Of a stretch of 53,727 bases of DNA, positions 9,085-17,954 are shown one piece after another (the stretch's first letter is position 1; every line of letters begins with the position of its first letter). Source of the DNA: a virus (taxonomy: Duplodnaviria > Caudoviricetes); the IMG/VR virus record IMGVR_UViG_3300027721_000020, positions 1 through 53,727 of that record; one strand, given 5' to 3'. The notes below the pieces were generated by a model. The model was not told the DNA's origin. It ran no database searches and saw only the letters and a program-made list of their open reading frames with translations. The position numbers were made by a program, and so were the translations under genes.

Positions 9085-10177
9085 ACAAGTATCCTTACAT
9101 GCACAAATGAAACGGAAGGTTTCCGATGCGATTAAGACTCCCAATGGTAGATCGATCACTTCTGAGTTAATCCCAATGGGGTCTACTCTGCTTAATTTGG
9201 CAATGTCAGGGACAGTCCACGGTGGAGCCAAGAAGGGAACCATGATTAATATTATAGGTGCTAGTCATGGAGGGAAGTCTATCCTTGCATTGACTGCATT
9301 CGCCGAAGCGGCTTCCAGAAAAAGGTTTGATACCTACTCATTAATTTATGATGATGTTGAACGGGCAAATTCTTTTGACATGGAGTATATGTTTGGTGTT
9401 AATGCAGCTTCCAGGATAATCCCTCCTAGATTGGACAAAGATGACAATTATAGTTGCACTGTGCAACATTTACAGGCAAATGTAATGCACTGGCTTAGGA
9501 AGAAGGTACCTTTCATTTACGTATTGGACAGTTTTGATGCACTGGATGCCTTAGAAGACCAGAAAAAAGTAGAGGAAATGTCCGAAGCACTGGAAAAGGA
9601 TAAAAAAGATATACCCGGAACGTACGGAATGGCTAAGGCAAAAGCAGCAAGTAGTATATTGAGAGGCATCACAAGTGGGATAGCAGACACAAATAGTGCC
9701 TTATTCATTATTTCACAAACCAGAGATAATGTGGACCCCAGAGATTTTCAAAAAACAACCCGCTCTGGAGGACGTGCATTAAAATTTTATGCTCATCATG
9801 AATTGTGGTTATCAGTTAATGGTAGCAGTATTAGGAAAAAGGATACCGTAATAGGAAATTCCATTAAGGTTAAAATTTCCAAAAATAAAATAACTGGAAA
9901 GCAAAGGGAGGTAAAATTTGATATATATTATGATTATGGGATAGATGACATTGGTAGCTGTATTGATTATCTTATTGAAATGAAACGTTGGTCGGGTGGG
10001 GGATCTGCTAAAATAAACCATAATGGGGATTTTACATTTGAGAGTTGCACACGTGCGAAAATGATAGCACAAATGGAGGATGAGCGGTTATACACAAAAT
10101 TACAATCACTAGTCCAAGAGGAATGGGATTCCTTTGAGGAAAGCATACGGCTAAATCGTAAATCAAAATACACATAA
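9071..10177 (+). CDS. recA: RecA/UvsX-like recombinase
   Basis: GSTLLNLAM, Walker A GASHGGKS, VLDS, FIISQTR, SGGRALKFYA, KNK, YGID. Confidence 0.92.
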   Translation: MERTKQVSLHAQMKRKVSDAIKTPNGRSITSELIPMGSTLLNLAMSGTVHGGAKKGTMINIIGASHGGKSILALTAFAEAASRKRFDTYSLIYDDVERANSFDMEYMFGVNAASRIIPPRLDKDDNYSCTVQHLQANVMHWLRKKVPFIYVLDSFDALDALEDQKKVEEMSEALEKDKKDIPGTYGMAKAKAASSILRGITSGIADTNSALFIISQTRDNVDPRDFQKTTRSGGRALKFYAHHELWLSVNGSSIRKKDTVIGNSIKVKISKNKITGKQREVKFDIYYDYGIDDIGSCIDYLIEMKRWSGGGSAKINHNGDFTFESCTRAKMIAQMEDERLYTKLQSLVQEEWDSFEESIRLNRKSKYT

Positions 10178-10188
10178 AACCAAATAAA

Positions 10189-10353
10189 ATGAGGATACTG
10201 ATAAGATATATAATAGGGATATTAATAGGCATAATGGTTTCACAAGCAGGAAGATATAAATTACATATAGAAATGGTAATCGCATTGTTAGTAATGACAA
10301 TGTTAATAGCTGCGGATGTGTACATTACAAATTCAAAAAATGGAAAGAACTAA
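10189..10353 (+). CDS. Small two-TM membrane protein, 54 aa (absent from ORF track)
   Basis: MRILIRYIIGILIGIMVSQAGRYKLHIEMVIALLVMTMLIAADVYITNSKNGKN; fills the recA-ruvC gap. Confidence 0.6.
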   Translation: MRILIRYIIGILIGIMVSQAGRYKLHIEMVIALLVMTMLIAADVYITNSKNGKN

Positions 10354-10894
10354 GAATTCACCTAAGGCAAGTGAGCGGAAACGAATAATTTGTTTTGACC
10401 CTAGTTTGACCGCCTTTGGCTATGTAGTAATGCAGGGTAATCACCTAATTGCCAAAGGCTGTATTAAAACAGAGCCTAGTGGAAAAAAGCTAAGGATACG
10501 AAAGGGCGATGACCGTTGCCGTCGAATTACGGAAATAAATAGAGCATTATTACAAATTATTGAGGAGCATGATGTTTGTTATATCGTATCCGAACAACCT
10601 CACGGAAGCCAGTCCGCAGTTGCGGCTACTGCATTGGGTATAGTATTGGGTATTGTGCAGACGCTCGGAGACACCCTCAATATCGGAGTTGAGTGGTACA
10701 GTGAAGGAGATTCAAAAAAGAATGCCTTAGGCAAACAAACCGCAACAAAGATGGAAATGGTTAACAGAATGAATAAACTGTATAAGGTATCATGGTTTAA
10801 TGTCCAATACAAAGATGAGGCAGTGGCGGATGCCTTAGCGATTCATTACTTAGCCAGAAATCAATCTAATATACTGAAAATGATGTTATTATGA
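10340..10894 (+). CDS. ruvC: RuvC-like Holliday junction resolvase
   Basis: ICFDPSLTAFGY, IVSEQ, ATKMEM, DEAVADALAI acidic motifs; likely start MERTK. Confidence 0.85.
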   Translation: MERTKNSPKASERKRIICFDPSLTAFGYVVMQGNHLIAKGCIKTEPSGKKLRIRKGDDRCRRITEINRALLQIIEEHDVCYIVSEQPHGSQSAVAATALGIVLGIVQTLGDTLNIGVEWYSEGDSKKNALGKQTATKMEMVNRMNKLYKVSWFNVQYKDEAVADALAIHYLARNQSNILKMMLL

Positions 10895-11943
10895 TAAGGC
10901 TTCTAAAAATAGAAAATTTTCAAAGCCATAAGGATACTATTATGGAATTTGATAAAGGCATGAATGTAATTGTCGGACAGTCGGACAGTGGGAAGACTGC
11001 AATTATTAGAGCTTTGAAATGGCTGATGACAAACCGTCCTTTAGGTGAGGAGTTCCAATCGAATTGGGGAGGTAAGACAGTTGTAAGCATTACCACTACG
11101 GAAGGACATCTTGTGTCTCGTAGACAAGCGGAGAACGGAACGGACAAAACGTATATAATTGATACCGCACCACTAAAGGCATTCGGCACCGAAGTTCCTG
11201 ACGAAGTACTTTCCATATTAAATATGGATGAGACCAACCTTCAACAACAAATGGATAGTCCTTACTTATTAAATGATACTAGTGGAGCGGTCGCTGCACA
11301 TTTCAATAGGATAGCAGGACTTGAAAAAATAGACCGAGGTTTGCAGAATATTCAAAAGGAAATTAAAGCAAAAACTTCGGGCATAACGTATGCTAAACAA
11401 TCAATTGAAACAAAGGAAGCGGAATTACAAAGGTACTCTACATTAGCAAATTTTGAGGCGTATGTGATTAGAGTAGAGAGTATGGTTTTGCAAGAGGAGA
11501 AATTGAAAACCAAGATAAAAATATTAAAGGGAATGGAAGTACGAATAGAGGATATTACAAAAAAAACAAAAAGTATACTTGGTAAATTACGTAAGGAAGC
11601 CGCGATTAATTATATTTTGGAAAAATACAATAGAAAAAATGTATTGGTCGAAGAAAAGGAAGTATTGAACAATATTTCCATTAAGTATTTCCGAAAGCAA
11701 GAGGAAATAAAAAAGGCGGAAAAATCAATAATCGCAGAGGACAGCATAAATAAAATACTAATAGTATATCAAAACCGGGCAAAATCTTTGCAGGAATCAA
11801 TTAAAATAGCAAAACTATATCAAAATATAGCAGATAATAAAATAATGCAGGCGACCAAAGAAAAACAGGTAAAGATATTAGAAGCGCAATTTAAAAGTGA
11901 ATTCCCCGATATTTGTCCGTTGTGTAATTCAAAAATTAAATAA
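10891..11943 (+). CDS. sbcC: SbcC/Rad50-like ATPase, N-terminal half (Walker A, coiled coil, CPLC zinc hook)
   Basis: IENFQSH, GQSDSGKT, Q-loop QQQMD, ends CPLCNSKIK; no Walker B. Confidence 0.85.
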   Translation: MIRLLKIENFQSHKDTIMEFDKGMNVIVGQSDSGKTAIIRALKWLMTNRPLGEEFQSNWGGKTVVSITTTEGHLVSRRQAENGTDKTYIIDTAPLKAFGTEVPDEVLSILNMDETNLQQQMDSPYLLNDTSGAVAAHFNRIAGLEKIDRGLQNIQKEIKAKTSGITYAKQSIETKEAELQRYSTLANFEAYVIRVESMVLQEEKLKTKIKILKGMEVRIEDITKKTKSILGKLRKEAAINYILEKYNRKNVLVEEKEVLNNISIKYFRKQEEIKKAEKSIIAEDSINKILIVYQNRAKSLQESIKIAKLYQNIADNKIMQATKEKQVKILEAQFKSEFPDICPLCNSKIK

Positions 11944-11944
11944 T

Positions 11945-12103
11945 ATGGAAGCCGTACAATTAATAAAGATTGCGAATAAATTTTTAGAATTAAATCCAAG
12001 TTTTGGATTAGCTGGTTCCCTGATGTTATATATTAGAGGAATTTCCTTAAATAGGCCTATTGGTGATATTGATATTGTTGGCAACGAGAATCTGATCAAT
12101 TAA
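11945..12103 (+). pseudogene. Truncated Pol-beta-type nucleotidyltransferase fragment, 52 aa
   Basis: LAGSLML...RPIGDIDIV (GS..DxD) then immediate stop. Confidence 0.45.
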
Positions 12104-12116
12104 GATTTTTTCATAT

Positions 12117-13001
12117 ATGATACGAACTAAACATATACAACGTAAAAAAGTCGATGCAATATTGACAGGGGACTGGCATCTACAAGAAGGCGTTCCTCCT
12201 GTTTGTCGGCTTGACAATTTTGAGGAGACTCAATGGAGAAAAGTTCAATTTATTTCCGAACTTCAAAAGGAACACAATTGCCCTGTGGTTCATTCGGGAG
12301 ATTTATTTGATTTTTGGAAACCTTCTCCTGAACTACTCACCAAAACCATGTTGCGACTTCCTGATTATTTTTACACTATATACGGCAACCATGATTTGCC
12401 GCAACACAATTTGGAATTAGCTGTAAAAAGCGGTGTGAATACCTTAGCAGCGGCGGGTAAATTATGTATTTTAGAAGGAATCCACTGGGGGCAATCGCCT
12501 GTCAAATTATTACATGACCAACTTTTCAGGAAACCTACATTGATTTGGCACATCATGACCTATCAAGGTAAAGAGCCGTGGCCGGGATGTACTGACCCAA
12601 AGGCGGCTTCATTACTAAGGAAATACCCTCAATTTGATTTAATCCTAACAGGAGACAATCATAAACCTTTTGTTGAGGAATTTGAAGGGAGATTATTGGT
12701 AAATCCTGGTTCTATATTCAGGACTACGGCAAGTCAACAAGATCACAAGCCTAGGGTATACTTATGGTATGCAGACACCAACACAGTAAGTCCTGTATAC
12801 ATCCCTATTGAATCCGATGTGATTAGTAGAGAACATATTGAACGGCAAGAGGAACGTAATAATAGAATAGATGCTTTCATAACAACATTAAACCAAGATT
12901 GGCAGACAGGTAATGGATTTGAGGAAAATTTGGCACGTTGGGCTAAAGTTAACGATATAAGGAAATCTGTTATGGATATTATATATCGAGTTATGGAGTA
13001 G
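12117..13001 (+). CDS. sbcD: SbcD/Mre11-like metallophosphoesterase nuclease
   Basis: GDWH, SGDLFD, GNHD, GDNH, NPGS motifs. Confidence 0.92.
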   Translation: MIRTKHIQRKKVDAILTGDWHLQEGVPPVCRLDNFEETQWRKVQFISELQKEHNCPVVHSGDLFDFWKPSPELLTKTMLRLPDYFYTIYGNHDLPQHNLELAVKSGVNTLAAAGKLCILEGIHWGQSPVKLLHDQLFRKPTLIWHIMTYQGKEPWPGCTDPKAASLLRKYPQFDLILTGDNHKPFVEEFEGRLLVNPGSIFRTTASQQDHKPRVYLWYADTNTVSPVYIPIESDVISREHIERQEERNNRIDAFITTLNQDWQTGNGFEENLARWAKVNDIRKSVMDIIYRVME

Positions 13002-13026
13002 TTTTGAAACATTAAAAAACTTGCGT

Positions 13027-13230
13027 ATGGTACGGACGAAAAAAAGAGGAGAGTTATTAACACCTGCACGAAGGTTATTAATTAACCATGTTCTAATTTA
13101 CTTTCCGCATTGGAGAGGTTGTATCAAATATCAAACCAACACTTTCTTAATAGCCAATTGCCATCCAGAGCAACGGAATAGATTGAAGCATATTTTGGAA
13201 GACGAAATCTTAAAAAATAAAATGATATGA
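13027..13230 (+). CDS. Hypothetical protein (MVRTK start)
   Basis: ORF in operon; ATG at 13027. Confidence 0.55.
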   Translation: MVRTKKRGELLTPARRLLINHVLIYFPHWRGCIKYQTNTFLIANCHPEQRNRLKHILEDEILKNKMI

Positions 13231-13475
13231 TTACGGAAAAGGAATTGCTTGCTAAGAAAAAAGAAATTGAGAGGACTAAGGTCGAGCTTTCGGAATTGAA
13301 AGGTGAGGAAAAGGCGCTACTAAAACAACTTAATGAGGATTGGGGTATTAATTCCTTAGCAGAGGCGAAAAATAAAATTATTACTTTTGAAAAAGAAATA
13401 AAACAACTCAGTGAGGAGATAGAGGAAAAGACACAGGAATTAGAGGAAACCTATTTAAGCGAAGAGGATGAGTAA
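13227..13475 (+). CDS. Short coiled-coil protein, possibly a third SbcC fragment
   Basis: 82 aa of heptad-rich K/E/L sequence between the SbcC halves. Confidence 0.6.
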   Translation: MITEKELLAKKKEIERTKVELSELKGEEKALLKQLNEDWGINSLAEAKNKIITFEKEIKQLSEEIEEKTQELEETYLSEEDE

Positions 13476-13737
13476 AATAAATAAAGGACGTTCATTCACA
13501 TTGATAAATGGACAAGGTGAGCCTTTGATCTGTAAAAAGACTGGGCGCAATGCTATGTGCAGATGTGGCAGTGGCAAGAAAAATAAAAATTGTTGCAATA
13601 TCACTAACCAGTACTTTCTAAGTCCTACGGTAGCAATGAAAAAAAAGAAAGAGGAATTGGATGAAGCAAAAGAATATGATATTATCAAACAACTTTTAAT
13701 GGAAAATGGAAACTACAATTCAGGAAATTCGGAATAA
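13468..13737 (+). CDS. SEC-C motif zinc-binding protein
   Basis: GRNAMCRCGSGKKNKNCC matches SEC-C consensus GRNxxCxCGSGKKYKxC. Confidence 0.85.
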   Translation: MSKINKGRSFTLINGQGEPLICKKTGRNAMCRCGSGKKNKNCCNITNQYFLSPTVAMKKKKEELDEAKEYDIIKQLLMENGNYNSGNSE

Positions 13738-14314
13738 ATTGGAACGCCTAAAAGGTCAGAAAAACCAATTACTATTAGATTTGGCTAGTTTACGTAAATT
13801 TGTGAAAGTGGAAACTAGGGAGTTGGAGAAGTACGAGCAAGCTAAGGAAATAATACGGGAAGTAGGCTTACGGACTCAGGAGCAACTCCAATTCCATATT
13901 TCCGACATTACCTCACTTGCGTTGCAAGCTGTATTCCCTAATCCTTACACATTGGAGTTGGAATTTGTCAACAGACGGAACAAAACGGAATGTGATATTT
14001 ATTTTTCCCGTGAAGGAAATAGAATAGACCCACTCTCAGCAAGTGGAGGTGGCGCTGTTGACATTGCTTCGTTTGCGTTACGTATTGCTTCTTGGTCCTT
14101 ACAAACTCCGCATTCGAGGAGCACGATAATACTTGATGAGCCTATGAGGTTTGTATCTGAAAGTCTCAGGGATAAAGCTTCGGCAATGATTAAGGAGGTT
14201 AGTGAAAAATTAGGGATTCAATTCATAATAATTACCCATGAACCAAAACTATCTGCTTATGCAGATAAGGTATTCGAGGTACAAAATAACAAAGGTATAA
14301 GCAAGGTCATATGA
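13706..14314 (+). CDS. sbcC: SbcC/Rad50-like ATPase, C-terminal half (signature, Walker B, H-loop)
   Basis: ASGGG signature, FALRIA, IILDEP, FIIITH. Confidence 0.85.
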   Translation: METTIQEIRNKLERLKGQKNQLLLDLASLRKFVKVETRELEKYEQAKEIIREVGLRTQEQLQFHISDITSLALQAVFPNPYTLELEFVNRRNKTECDIYFSREGNRIDPLSASGGGAVDIASFALRIASWSLQTPHSRSTIILDEPMRFVSESLRDKASAMIKEVSEKLGIQFIIITHEPKLSAYADKVFEVQNNKGISKVI

Positions 14315-14322
14315 AATATCTA

Positions 14323-14353
14323 AGGAGGTACTGTAATAATACCTCCTCTTTTG
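14323..14353. terminator. Hairpin at the convergence of the replication and structural arms
   Basis: AGGAGGTA-N9-TACCTCCT followed by CTTTT. Confidence 0.6.
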
Positions 14354-14482
14354 TGTAAATAATCCTTGCTAATTTTTTAGCCTTATTTCCGTTATAATAC
14401 CTTATATTATCGCCTACACATACCTCTACTTCCTTTATTATTGGAGCATTTTCAGAATGTCTTATGGTGATGCTTACCATAC

Positions 14483-14617
14483 CTAGTTATTTAGTGCATT
14501 TTTTCTACGCCTTTTATGCCGCCGTACCATACAGGTAAATACGGAAATCACCATAAATAAGATTGCTATCTTAATTATGGTGAGGATCAACCCTGTTAAA
14601 ATAGTCGTCCAATCCAT
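14483..14617 (-). CDS. Small single-TM protein with basic C-terminus, 44 aa (lysis candidate; absent from ORF track)
   Basis: MDWTTILTGLILTIIKIAILFMVISVFTCMVRRHKRRRKNALNN at the end of the late operon. Confidence 0.55.
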   Translation of the reverse strand: MDWTTILTGLILTIIKIAILFMVISVFTCMVRRHKRRRKNALNN

Positions 14618-14919
14618 TTTTCAATTGTGGAATTAGTTAATAATGTATATATTCCTAATAATATTAATGCTAATAGCCATTTATACTTGAAAAATACCTT
14701 AAAAATATCCGTAACATTTTCGGATGATGCCAAGCGGGTATCGTAAGATTCCATTTTATCTATAAGCGCTTGCAAGGTAACATTTACGATTTTAAAACCA
14801 CTATCCATTTGCTCTATTGCGGATTTAATATCATGGTATAATTTAGTGTAATCCTCTATTGCGGATTTAATATCCTGATACAATTTAGTGTAATCCTCTT
14901 TACTCGGTTCATTTTCCAT
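14596..14919 (-). CDS. Coiled-coil protein with C-terminal TM (holin/XhlA-like candidate)
   Basis: WLLALILLGIYTLL TM segment; position after tail fibre genes. Confidence 0.5.
   Translation of the reverse strand: MENEPSKEDYTKLYQDIKSAIEDYTKLYHDIKSAIEQMDSGFKIVNVTLQALIDKMESYDTRLASSENVTDIFKVFFKYKWLLALILLGIYTLLTNSTIEKWIGRLF
14812..14899. repeat. 42-bp tandem duplication encoding EDYTKLY(Q/H)DIKSAI x2
   Basis: Units 14812..14853 and 14854..14895. Confidence 0.9.
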
Positions 14920-14941
14920 ATTCTTTCCCCTCCTTTTCCTT

Positions 14942-15280
14942 TTATAACGTGTAATGAATTTCCAATGTAAATATTACCGCAGCCCCCATCTCATTCACTA
15001 TCCTAACATTTGTACCGTTATCCTTAATAATCACATGGTCAGTTCCTGTTTGCAATGTTGTGAAGACATTTACCGATTTGTATATTTCAGTTAATGCCCC
15101 GGCCGCTGTAAACATGTAATTAGCGTACCCCTGCCCATCACCGAAAACAATGGACAAAATTCCCGCCCTGCCTGCGATAAGATCAAAATAACTTCCGACT
15201 GCTTCCGCTTCGTTTGAATCCGCCAAAGAAAACGAGGCAAAATGGTGGTTATTCAATATTGTGTAACCCGGCTCTATCAT
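14942..15280 (-). CDS. Hypothetical beta-rich tail-region protein
   Basis: 112-aa ORF in late operon. Confidence 0.6.
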   Translation of the reverse strand: MIEPGYTILNNHHFASFSLADSNEAEAVGSYFDLIAGRAGILSIVFGDGQGYANYMFTAAGALTEIYKSVNVFTTLQTGTDHVIIKDNGTNVRIVNEMGAAVIFTLEIHYTL

Positions 15281-15283
15281 ATC

Positions 15284-15805
15284 TTATATTTTATTTTCGA
15301 TTAATACCCCTTCATTTAGATATGCCTCTAATATAGCCAAATCTGGCGCAGGGATAGCTATAAAATAAATTACTATTGTATACTTGCAATTATTTGTGTA
15401 AGGAGCGTATGTGCTCCTATATGAAGCTAACAAGGTGTCAATATCATTACCAGTGTACATGTACTTAACAATTAGCTCAGAAGGGATCGACACCCTTACC
15501 GTATTGTTTACATTTCCCGCACCCTTGTTGAATACCCAGCATTGGTTTGCCTTTATGGCCAATTCACTGCCGGACTTTGCCTCCTTTAATGATTGTTCAC
15601 TAATATAAACCTCAAAATCAGGTGTGTTATATCCTTGGTCTGCAATAATATCCTTGTTAATTTTGATATTATCTGAACTCCTTCTTATCCCATTTGCATA
15701 TTCCACCCCATTATCATAATAGTCATAATAGACACGCTCAAAGGTGCTACTGCTCTTAATTATTTGCAAAATGTACCCCTTCGTCTTATTAATTACATTT
15801 TTCAT
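15284..15805 (-). CDS. Hypothetical tail-region protein
   Basis: 173-aa ORF in late operon. Confidence 0.6.
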   Translation of the reverse strand: MKNVINKTKGYILQIIKSSSTFERVYYDYYDNGVEYANGIRRSSDNIKINKDIIADQGYNTPDFEVYISEQSLKEAKSGSELAIKANQCWVFNKGAGNVNNTVRVSIPSELIVKYMYTGNDIDTLLASYRSTYAPYTNNCKYTIVIYFIAIPAPDLAILEAYLNEGVLIENKI

Positions 15806-15809
15806 ACCC

Positions 15810-17627
15810 CTATATTTTATATTTGCTTATCCGATTGGTATTATTGCCCGAATTATTGATTATACTTGCATTTCCCCCGTACATGTCGTCCGCGGTTGTA
15901 ACTCCAATGTCGATAACACAATTCTCAACACCAGCATCCAATGTGATCGTCCCTAAGCATATTCCTGTTAGTTTTGTTGAATCGGCTGTACCTGATATTG
16001 AAATATTGCCTATATACTCACCATTGACTATTTGGTTATTTTCTGCACTGATTGTTAATGTATTTAATGTCCTAATTGCATTTAATATATTCCTTACAGT
16101 CCCTATTGTTATGGCATTAACAAATTCTATTGATGTTAATATTCGCTTGCCATTACTCATGCTTAATGTCAAGAATTTACCGTTTGTTATTATATCATTC
16201 TGGTTTTGGTTATTACCCGCTCTCAATGTCATTGCAGGAAGGTATATGTTCGTTCCATATGAAGGTCGCCCTTGATAAGCGTTGGATATATGGATATTTC
16301 CTGTTGCATATCCTTGGATATTAGATACTGACCCTGCAAAATATAAATATAAGAACAATCCATTAACTATTATATCTGAAACTATTACATTAACAGGTTC
16401 ATACTTTGGAATTGTAAATACAGTGGTAGCACTACCCCCATTCACAATATTATTTGTGAATATAATATCACCAGCATATAAGAGATCTGCAAACATAACA
16501 TCTACTGAATTGCTGGATACGTTGAATACGTTATTATTCATTTTGGTATTGAATCTAATACCAGTAAACAATACCCCTCCAGCTACTATAATATTTATCG
16601 TGCATTTTTCAAAATTAACGGTCGCTACATTTATGAGCGAAAGGAAGGCATAAGCATCACCAACGGTATATGTAAGTTCTACAAAATTTATGGTTATCCC
16701 TACTGAACAAATGAAATGGTATCCTGCTGTATCAATGGTATATAATGGGTTGGCTGCGGTAATAGTTGTACTTGCGGTGATACTCAAATTAGCAATCAAT
16801 GTAACATTGGCTAGTAGGAGGATATTAATTTTCCCCGCTGCCAATGCGCTAGTCAATTCGCCTATTGTAGACACGGCAGCATCGAATGCTGAAATACCTC
16901 CTGTGCCTCCCCCAGAAGCAGATATAGCCCAATTTCCTACAATTTGCCCAGGGGTGTCTACTAATGCTCTTACGGTCTGTCCCGCCACTACTGCTTGCCC
17001 TCCTAGTGTCCCTCCTATAATAATCAACCATATATCTGCTTTCAAAATAGCCCCGGCAGTACCACTCCCGCCTGTTGATGGAAATACATTAACACTAGCA
17101 TCATAATTTCCTCTATCATCCCATAACCCTACTACGCTATCAAGCACAAATTTTCTGTTAGCTACTTGATAGTCTGTTGTCGGGGCACTGGAGGGGGTTA
17201 TGGGAAATGATGAAAATGTTTTTATGCCGTCAATTGTCTGCGCAATATGATTGATCCCCAGTATATATAGCGCACCATTTGAATATTGGTATATATCTGA
17301 ATATGGTGTCGTAGGATAGGTGACAAATTGGCTTTCTTTTAGGGCTGAGTACCCCCAGGTAACGGAGTCTATCGCAACATAGATCCTAAATGTGTCATTG
17401 GAAACATAAGTGTCTCCAGTATTATTTATGGTAGGGCGCATGTTATCTGGGCCCACCCCTCTATTAGCCATTATAGAAGCAACATAGCTCTGACTGTATC
17501 CGAGAATAATGTACGAGCCATCGCTATTGATTTTAATAGGGTTTCCATCCAAATCAAAACCGTATCCTAGACAATCCGTAGGCGGTACATTGAATGTGCT
17601 GCCTCTCTTTATATTTACCTGTCCCAT
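15810..17627 (-). CDS. Tail fibre/spike with C-terminal beta-helix
   Basis: N/I/G/T-rich repetitive strands, DYQVANRKFV and GNYDAS..FP fibre-type motifs. Confidence 0.7.
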   Translation of the reverse strand: MGQVNIKRGSTFNVPPTDCLGYGFDLDGNPIKINSDGSYIILGYSQSYVASIMANRGVGPDNMRPTINNTGDTYVSNDTFRIYVAIDSVTWGYSALKESQFVTYPTTPYSDIYQYSNGALYILGINHIAQTIDGIKTFSSFPITPSSAPTTDYQVANRKFVLDSVVGLWDDRGNYDASVNVFPSTGGSGTAGAILKADIWLIIIGGTLGGQAVVAGQTVRALVDTPGQIVGNWAISASGGGTGGISAFDAAVSTIGELTSALAAGKINILLLANVTLIANLSITASTTITAANPLYTIDTAGYHFICSVGITINFVELTYTVGDAYAFLSLINVATVNFEKCTINIIVAGGVLFTGIRFNTKMNNNVFNVSSNSVDVMFADLLYAGDIIFTNNIVNGGSATTVFTIPKYEPVNVIVSDIIVNGLFLYLYFAGSVSNIQGYATGNIHISNAYQGRPSYGTNIYLPAMTLRAGNNQNQNDIITNGKFLTLSMSNGKRILTSIEFVNAITIGTVRNILNAIRTLNTLTISAENNQIVNGEYIGNISISGTADSTKLTGICLGTITLDAGVENCVIDIGVTTADDMYGGNASIINNSGNNTNRISKYKI

Positions 17628-17954
17628 TTACTTGATATTTATTGTTCCACTACAATCAACACTGCCTTCCACTGTCAAATAATAGCTATTATAAGCATAA
17701 TTATTTGGGATGTTCAGGACTTCTTCCGCCTCTATTAACTCTTTAATCCCGCCAACGATAAAACCATTTAAAGTAACTCCTACCCCCTGAAAAACCCCCG
17801 CTCCGTATTTTTTCATGACACCGTTATCAACCTGAAAAAAATAGGTTTTGTCACTCGGATAGTAGAATGCACGGTCTATCCAATTGGCGTCTCCCTCAAC
17901 TAAGGACAAGATTTGAGCTTCCGTTCCGTATATATATTTTACAAGTCCTGCCAT
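17628..17954 (-). CDS. Tail-associated hypothetical protein
   Basis: 108-aa ORF coupled to neighbours. Confidence 0.6.
   Translation of the reverse strand: MAGLVKYIYGTEAQILSLVEGDANWIDRAFYYPSDKTYFFQVDNGVMKKYGAGVFQGVGVTLNGFIVGGIKELIEAEEVLNIPNNYAYNSYYLTVEGSVDCSGTINIK

Noticed and set aside
14307-14480. 57-aa minus-strand ORF at the end of the late operon
   Set aside because: Runs through the terminator hairpin and overlaps the convergent sbcC stop; no motif, so not listed as a feature
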